From a virus (lineage: Duplodnaviria > Heunggongvirae > Uroviricota > Caudoviricetes): a stretch of 12,125 bases of DNA. The translations under genes and the position numbers were made by a program. Shown piece after piece: positions 7,906-12,125 of the stretch. Under the pieces are notes generated by a model. It saw only the letters and a list, made by a program, of their open reading frames with translations. It was not told where the DNA came from and ran no database searches. The stretch's first letter is position 1; each line of letters opens with the position of its first letter. The DNA is taken from the IMG/VR virus record IMGVR_UViG_2534681700_000010, positions 1 through 12,125 of that record. The stretch is one strand, 5' to 3'.

Positions 7906-7992
7906 GGCTTTGCCTTTAAGGTGCAAGTCACCTTTGAGGGTTATGCTACTTTTAGGTGACTTGCACTTCAAGCCTTTTTTTATTTTTTTTTC
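7906..7992 (+). promoter_or_regulatory. Large hairpin (perfect 12-bp inverted repeat inside an extended stem) followed by a T7-A-T9 tract
   Basis: GTGCAAGTCACC (7921-7932) and GGTGACTTGCAC (7955-7966) are perfect reverse complements. Outer GGCTT (7906-7910) pairs with AAGCC (7970-7974). T-tract at 7975-7991. Sits between the divergent RHH-like gene and the primase operon start. Confidence 0.5.
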
Positions 7993-8032
7993 TACGTATA
8001 CTGAACGCCACCTAACAGTAAGGAGGCCAGTA

Positions 8033-8212
8033 ATGCCAACGGGTACAACCAACAACAAATCACAACAAAAAACGGCTAGAATCCCTCTAGAAGTTTTAAG
8101 CGAAATGAATTTGGTCAAAGAGGAAAACGAAACAGACGCGCAGTTTATCGTTACAGCCATGCGTGGCGAGATCAAACGCCGCCAGCGCCGCAAGGCCAAA
8201 GAACAGGAGTAA
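8033..8212 (+). CDS. Small ribbon-helix-helix-like DNA-binding protein (59 aa); candidate repressor
   Basis: TAAGGAGG ends 6 nt before ATG 8033. TATACT (-10-like) at 7997-8002. Protein is hydrophilic with common E. coli codons; TARIPLEVLSEMNLV looks like an RHH beta-strand plus helix. Conflicts with the 402-aa minus-strand track ORF, which I judge antisense here. Confidence 0.55.
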   Translation: MPTGTTNNKSQQKTARIPLEVLSEMNLVKEENETDAQFIVTAMRGEIKRRQRRKAKEQE

Positions 8213-8269
8213 CCATCACCAGCGCCGTGGTGTGAGGAACTACGGTGCATCGTTTTACAGGGCAGCGCC

Positions 8270-8449
8270 ATGACCAACAAAGAATCAACCAAAACACCAT
8301 CACCAACTCGTAAGAGACGACGCAAAAATATAGCGCATGAACATGAATCAGAAAGATTCGCACCTTGTTCGTTTGCTCTTGAGAAATTCCTTAAAGAGCA
8401 CAGGAAAAAGCTCTCGTTGCAAACCTTGGAACGAACCAAATCTGACTGA
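8270..8449 (+). CDS. Possible small basic protein (59 aa), not in the ORF track
   Basis: ATG 8270 to TGA 8447-8449, translated by hand as MTNKESTKTPSPTRKRRRKNIAHEHESERFAPCSFALEKFLKEHRKKLSLQTLERTKSD. Weak SD and several rare codons (AGA, CGA, ATA, AGG). Confidence 0.3.
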   Translation: MTNKESTKTPSPTRKRRRKNIAHEHESERFAPCSFALEKFLKEHRKKLSLQTLERTKSD

Positions 8450-8653
8450 TCACATTGCCCACCAGCCGCAAATGTGGCATTGTTGGTGATGCGTTCAAGT
8501 ATGTAGCTTTTCCACTGGCGGCTCTCTGCGGTCGCCTTTGTTTTATCCAGAACGAAATCAGACATCAGATTGATCAGCACCTGGCGACCTGACAAAATCG
8601 CATCAGTCGCGCCACCAGCAAAATTTTTTGCTTTCCGGACAGCGTGGCCAACG

Positions 8654-8672
8654 ATATTTTGCAGCAAAATAT
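8654..8672. promoter_or_regulatory. Perfect 19-bp palindrome ATATTTTGC-A-GCAAAATAT
   Basis: Read directly from the sequence: 9-bp arms around a single central base. Lies in the unresolved region between the antirepressor gene and the small plus-strand ORFs. Confidence 0.35.
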
Positions 8673-8836
8673 TCTGCATTTCTGGCGTGCTGTGGCGACG
8701 GTGATCAGCGCCTTCACATTGAACGAACTTGTCGCTAAAATTCACCCACATAGCAAACATCGCGGTGCTGTAGGTAATTCGTTCACAAAGGCGCTCCGGC
8801 AACGGGGCGCTTTCTCTTTTTGTAACGGTCAGAGCG

Positions 8837-9637
8837 TTACACATGGCTGTTTTCCTCCATGCGACGGGCTAACCAACGCTGCGAAAGACGAATTAATTCA
8901 GCCTTCCGCTGGTGGTAGTCCTGGCCTAACTCAATCAGCGTGATATTGCTCTGCTCAAGGTAAGAAAGGTGCTCAAGCTGCAACGTGCTCATGTGGTCGC
9001 GTGGTTCGCCTGTAATGCCGTTCGCCAGTGCCCACTGTTTTGCAGTCATGCCACCCAGCACGATACGCGCCAGCATGTTCGCTTCCGTGGTGTAGTGGTG
9101 CTGGAGTGTGTTTTTACCCAGTTCAGCCCGGTACGCCTCCAGCGCGGCACACATTGGCTTAAAGTAGCTGGCAACTGTGATACGGGCTTTCAGTTCCCGG
9201 CGTAACGCTGCGGAACGAACAGGCGCAACCTTGTGTAGCTCCTCCTCGCATTTGATAAAGTACTGGCGAACGGCGCGGCCCTGTTCGGTACGTTCGACCA
9301 TCGCCAGTTCTTTCGCCATGTTCACTGTGATGATGTACTCAAGAGCGGTTTGCTGGCGAGATTTTGCGCTCACCGGATCGGGTCGGCTCAAATATTCAAC
9401 AACCTCATAATCCACGCCTTCCGTGAACCCGTATTCTTCAATGCGCCCCTTGATCCACGAACGGAAAACGCGCCCTACACCTAACGCCTTATGTAACGCT
9501 CTGGCGCTAACAATAGTGGTTTCACTCCCGCCAATAACGCCGGAAATAATCGGGATAATTTCGCCGAAATTTTGCAGATTCTGGTTTTCAGGCCGAACGA
9601 AGCCCCGCCCCTGTACGGGCGTTTTTGGAAATTTCAT
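8837..9637 (-). CDS. Phage antirepressor, AntA-domain protein (266 aa)
   Basis: ITVNMAKELAMVERTEQGRAVRQYFIKCEE and the preceding IPIISGVIGGSETTIVSARALHKALGV match AntA/AntB-type N-terminal antirepressor domains. ATG 9637 preceded by AGGAG with a 5-nt spacer. Confidence 0.85.
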   Translation of the reverse strand: MKFPKTPVQGRGFVRPENQNLQNFGEIIPIISGVIGGSETTIVSARALHKALGVGRVFRSWIKGRIEEYGFTEGVDYEVVEYLSRPDPVSAKSRQQTALEYIITVNMAKELAMVERTEQGRAVRQYFIKCEEELHKVAPVRSAALRRELKARITVASYFKPMCAALEAYRAELGKNTLQHHYTTEANMLARIVLGGMTAKQWALANGITGEPRDHMSTLQLEHLSYLEQSNITLIELGQDYHQRKAELIRLSQRWLARRMEENSHV

Positions 9638-9714
9638 AAAAACTCCTGCTATCGAATTAAGTTACTTTTATTTGCTGGTGGATAGCTGGGGGCAATAGCC
9701 CCGTAGCCATTTAA

Positions 9715-9912
9715 TCAGGTAGCTGTTCCGCGTGATTCCGCAATACGCTGATTAATCCACTCGTCAATTTCACTCTCAACGAAAGCAATAGCTCGCGAGC
9801 CAATTTTTACAGGTTTAGGAAAACGCCCTTGGGCAATGAGTTTATAGATCCATGCCCTTCCATACCCTGTACGGCGCATGGTTTCTGGCATACGAATTAA
9901 AGATTGTGACAT
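9715..9912 (-). CDS. alpA: AlpA-family transcriptional regulator / excisionase-like protein (65 aa from ATG 9912)
   Basis: MRRTGYGRAWIYKLIAQGRFPKPVKIGSRAIAFVESEIDEWI matches the AlpA motif pattern. GGGAGA lies 8 nt upstream of ATG 9912. The track's longer version (start 9981) is probably an N-terminal over-extension. Confidence 0.85.
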   Translation of the reverse strand: MSQSLIRMPETMRRTGYGRAWIYKLIAQGRFPKPVKIGSRAIAFVESEIDEWINQRIAESRGTAT

Positions 9913-10026
9913 GATAATCGTCTCCCGTTGTTTATTGATGCCTACGGGAGACATTGAAGCAGGTAAGACATTGGATATCACCGCAATTGCGGTGAATGAT
10001 ACCGCAATTGCGGTATAGGACTACAA

Positions 10027-10782
10027 CTACGATTTAATTGATTTATTGGCTTCAGCAAACTTTGCTTCCAGCGTTCTTGAACTCATCCCCGGCTTACCTT
10101 CAAAATGCCCCAATAAATTACTAATAATAGAGCTTTGATTTTCGAATACAGATTGCTTAATACCAGCAGGTGAACGCCCTAACATTAGAAAAAGCAACCC
10201 TCCAATAATGTTTAAATATGTTGTTTCAGAACGTTGGTCAATGTTTTGCACGGAGTTATCAACCATTCGTCGTAGTGAATCACGTTCCCCTTGTAATTCG
10301 GAAATTTCATTTTTCTGCTGTTGAAAAGTCTTCATAGCATTATCTAAGCGAATATTAAGACGTTTGTTTTCAGCCTGAAGAGTTTGATATGCCTCGACTG
10401 TAATTCCAGCATGTAACTGCTGCTCAACAGCATCAAAAAGGAAAGCTGGTTTTTGGTTGGGATAGTTTTTTGACATCCATGATTTCAGATCGGAATGACG
10501 GACGGTTAAACGGTGCTTAGCAACCTGTTCTCCAGGTTGAACAGTTTTACCATCACGACCATAAGGAATTTCACAATTATGGATTGCATCTAAAATTTTC
10601 TCAGCATTAACACGCAAGCAAGGCCATTGAGGGAACATTCCAACGCTAGGTAAAACTCCATCTCCCACTCGCTCCAATATTAAAACTTCATGAGCAATTA
10701 AATTACACCAACGTAGCGCCGCTTCAATTGGAGTGTAATATGCCTTTTCAAGAGAACTACAGCTTTTTGAATTGTAAGTCAC
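10027..10782 (-). CDS. Hypothetical protein (251 aa) with central coiled-coil and one hydrophobic helix; AT-rich accessory gene
   Basis: GTG start at 10782 preceded by GAGGT; the first in-frame ATG is codon 49. Heptad-like segment LQAENKRLNIRLDNAMKTFQQQKNEISELQGERDSLRRMV followed by YLNIIGGLLFLMLG. Hand counts on two sampled 60-nt lines give about 33% and 42% GC, against about 52% in int. Confidence 0.7.
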   Translation of the reverse strand: MTYNSKSCSSLEKAYYTPIEAALRWCNLIAHEVLILERVGDGVLPSVGMFPQWPCLRVNAEKILDAIHNCEIPYGRDGKTVQPGEQVAKHRLTVRHSDLKSWMSKNYPNQKPAFLFDAVEQQLHAGITVEAYQTLQAENKRLNIRLDNAMKTFQQQKNEISELQGERDSLRRMVDNSVQNIDQRSETTYLNIIGGLLFLMLGRSPAGIKQSVFENQSSIISNLLGHFEGKPGMSSRTLEAKFAEANKSIKS

Positions 10783-10910
10783 TCTGTGCTACCTCGCACC
10801 CTCTGTAAAAGTGGCTGTGCCAGCCCGCAGAGGTGTACGGGTTTTCAGGAGCGACCCTAGACACAGCCTTTTCTTAATCGCTCAAAGTCTACTACTGTAT
10901 ACTCAACCAG

Positions 10911-12125
10911 TCACCCGCATTTTCCGAACTCACCATGCACCACATTTCCGCCATGCTCGAGCGAATCCATATAGTCGGCATACCACTGGAGCATCTCCCG
11001 GCGACCATCCAGATATTGCGCATGGTTGTATGTGCCACGAATTGAGTTTTTATCGACGTGTGCGAGCTGCGTCTCTATCCACGCGGTGTTATAGCCCTGC
11101 TCATGCAAAATGGTGCTCATGGTGTGCCGGAATCCATGACCAGTAACGCGCCCGGCATAGCCGATACGACGAATGAGCACATTCATCGCCATTTCACTCA
11201 TTGGCTTACTGTGGTGAATACGACCGGGGAAAATAAACTGATACTGGCCTGTCATGTTTTTTAACTGCTCCAGTATTTTTATCGCCTGTTCTGGTAATGG
11301 CACACAATGCGGACGGCGCATCTTCATTCGTTCTTTAGGCACTTCCCACAAACGATTATCAAAATCGATCTCCTGCCATTCTGCCTGCCGTAATTCCCCG
11401 GGTCTGACACCTGTCAGAATTAATAGCCGCATTGCCAGTTTGACGATCTGGCTTCCGGTGTACGTATTAAAAACGCGGAAAAATTCCGGCAGTTCGTCGG
11501 CCTTCAAATAGGCGTAATGCTCTTTTTTATGTGGAGCAAATGCGCTCACCAGGTCAGGGGCTGGATTATATTCGGCGCGTCCGGTGATGATTGCGTACCG
11601 GAACACCTCGCCGCATCGCTGGCGAACCTTACGCAATTTTTCAGTCGCACCACGGTCATTAAGACGGGAAAGAACCGCCAGCAATTCCATCGGCTTAATT
11701 TCTGCGATCGGCCTACCGCCAATGTACGGAAAAACATCTTTTTCAAACGTCTCGATCATTTCCTCGGCGTATGACGATGACCACCTGTCGATCCGCTTTT
11801 CGTACCATTCGCGAGCAATACCCTCAAAAGTATTGCCAAATTTGCTCGCCTGTTCTCGCTTTTGGGCTTTTCTGGCCTCACTTGGATTTATACCACCAGC
11901 AAGAAGCCTTTTAGCCTCATCCCTTGCCGCCCTGGCATCAGACAGAGACACATCAGGGTACACACCCAACGACAACATTTTGGGCTTTCCTGCAAACCTG
12001 TAGCGCAGTCGCCACCCTTTCGAACCGTTCGGCTCAATGAGCAACGAAAGCCCGTTACCGTCATTGAGTGTATAAGCCTTTTCTTTCGGCTTCGCGCGCC
12101 TGATGGCAAGGTCTGAAAGCAGCAT
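10911..12125 (-). CDS. int: Tyrosine site-specific integrase, P4/IntA family
   Basis: Close by-eye match to E. coli IntA-type integrases: N-terminal LSDLAIRRAKPKEKAY...DGNGLSLLI arm-binding region and C-terminal HGFRHT...RGTYNHAQY catalytic region. The ATG falls on the last three bases of the window, so the true start may be slightly upstream and outside it. Confidence 0.95.
   Translation of the reverse strand: MLLSDLAIRRAKPKEKAYTLNDGNGLSLLIEPNGSKGWRLRYRFAGKPKMLSLGVYPDVSLSDARAARDEAKRLLAGGINPSEARKAQKREQASKFGNTFEGIAREWYEKRIDRWSSSYAEEMIETFEKDVFPYIGGRPIAEIKPMELLAVLSRLNDRGATEKLRKVRQRCGEVFRYAIITGRAEYNPAPDLVSAFAPHKKEHYAYLKADELPEFFRVFNTYTGSQIVKLAMRLLILTGVRPGELRQAEWQEIDFDNRLWEVPKERMKMRRPHCVPLPEQAIKILEQLKNMTGQYQFIFPGRIHHSKPMSEMAMNVLIRRIGYAGRVTGHGFRHTMSTILHEQGYNTAWIETQLAHVDKNSIRGTYNHAQYLDGRREMLQWYADYMDSLEHGGNVVHGEFGKCG

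Larger units (their letters stand above)
1..12125. mobile_element. Partial integrative phage satellite / PICI-like island, integrase-proximal portion
   Basis: Co-oriented gene set: P4-family tyrosine integrase, AlpA, AntA antirepressor, primase/SF3-helicase directly followed by an iteron-plus-AT-rich origin, then small operons and AT-rich cargo. No capsid, tail or lysis genes recognised. Both island boundaries lie outside or at the window edges. Confidence 0.7.

Noticed and set aside
7636-8844. 402-aa minus-strand ORF as one real protein
   Set aside because: Its middle is antisense to a well-supported plus-strand small gene (consensus SD, normal codons). It translates a 12-bp inverted repeat and a poly-T tract, and is rich in Cys, Ser, Leu and Arg there. 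Only its last 67 codons (7636-7839, with their own SD) are kept as a gene; the N-terminal part is flagged as unresolved.
8644-8943. 99-aa plus-strand ORF overlapping the 3' end of the antirepressor gene
   Set aside because: Overlaps a confidently called CDS on the opposite strand and has no SD; kept only as a remote possibility.
9689-9703. GGGGC-AATA-GCCCC hairpin between alpA and the antirepressor gene as a terminator
   Set aside because: Short stem with no adjacent U-tract on either strand, and the 77-bp gap is consistent with one operon. It could still be a minor RNA structure.
1-12125. Bona fide P4 phage, or a complete prophage
   Set aside because: No Ogr/Delta-type zinc-finger activator and no recognisable sid, psu, capsid, tail or lysis genes. 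Only the integrase, alpA and primase logic is shared, so I call it satellite/PICI-like rather than P4 itself.
1-12125. tRNA or att site inside the window
   Set aside because: I could not recognise a cloverleaf-like tRNA by eye. For this integrase family the att/tRNA junction is expected just beyond the integrase start, outside the right edge.

Overview
This window looks like the integrase-proximal ~12 kb of an integrative phage satellite (PICI-like, P4-family integrase) from an enterobacterial-type genome. Every confident gene is on the minus strand. Reading from the right edge: a tyrosine integrase (the att/tRNA junction should lie just beyond 12125), an AT-rich 251-aa ORF, alpA, an AntA-type antirepressor, an unresolved ~0.6 kb stretch, a divergent small RHH-like gene with a large hairpin, a four-gene operon ending in a GTG-initiated primase/SF3-helicase, an iteron-type origin, a ProQ/FinO-domain protein and a PerC-like protein closed by intrinsic terminators, a leftward operon of four uncharacterised proteins, a second distinct repeat array, a small ORF, and an AT-rich Abi_2-family abortive-infection gene at the left edge. 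The two AT-rich genes (Abi_2 and the 251-aa ORF) look like acquired cargo and are the best candidates for anti-phage or otherwise novel function. No rRNA, tRNA or CRISPR array was seen. All family calls are from motif recognition by eye, without database searches.
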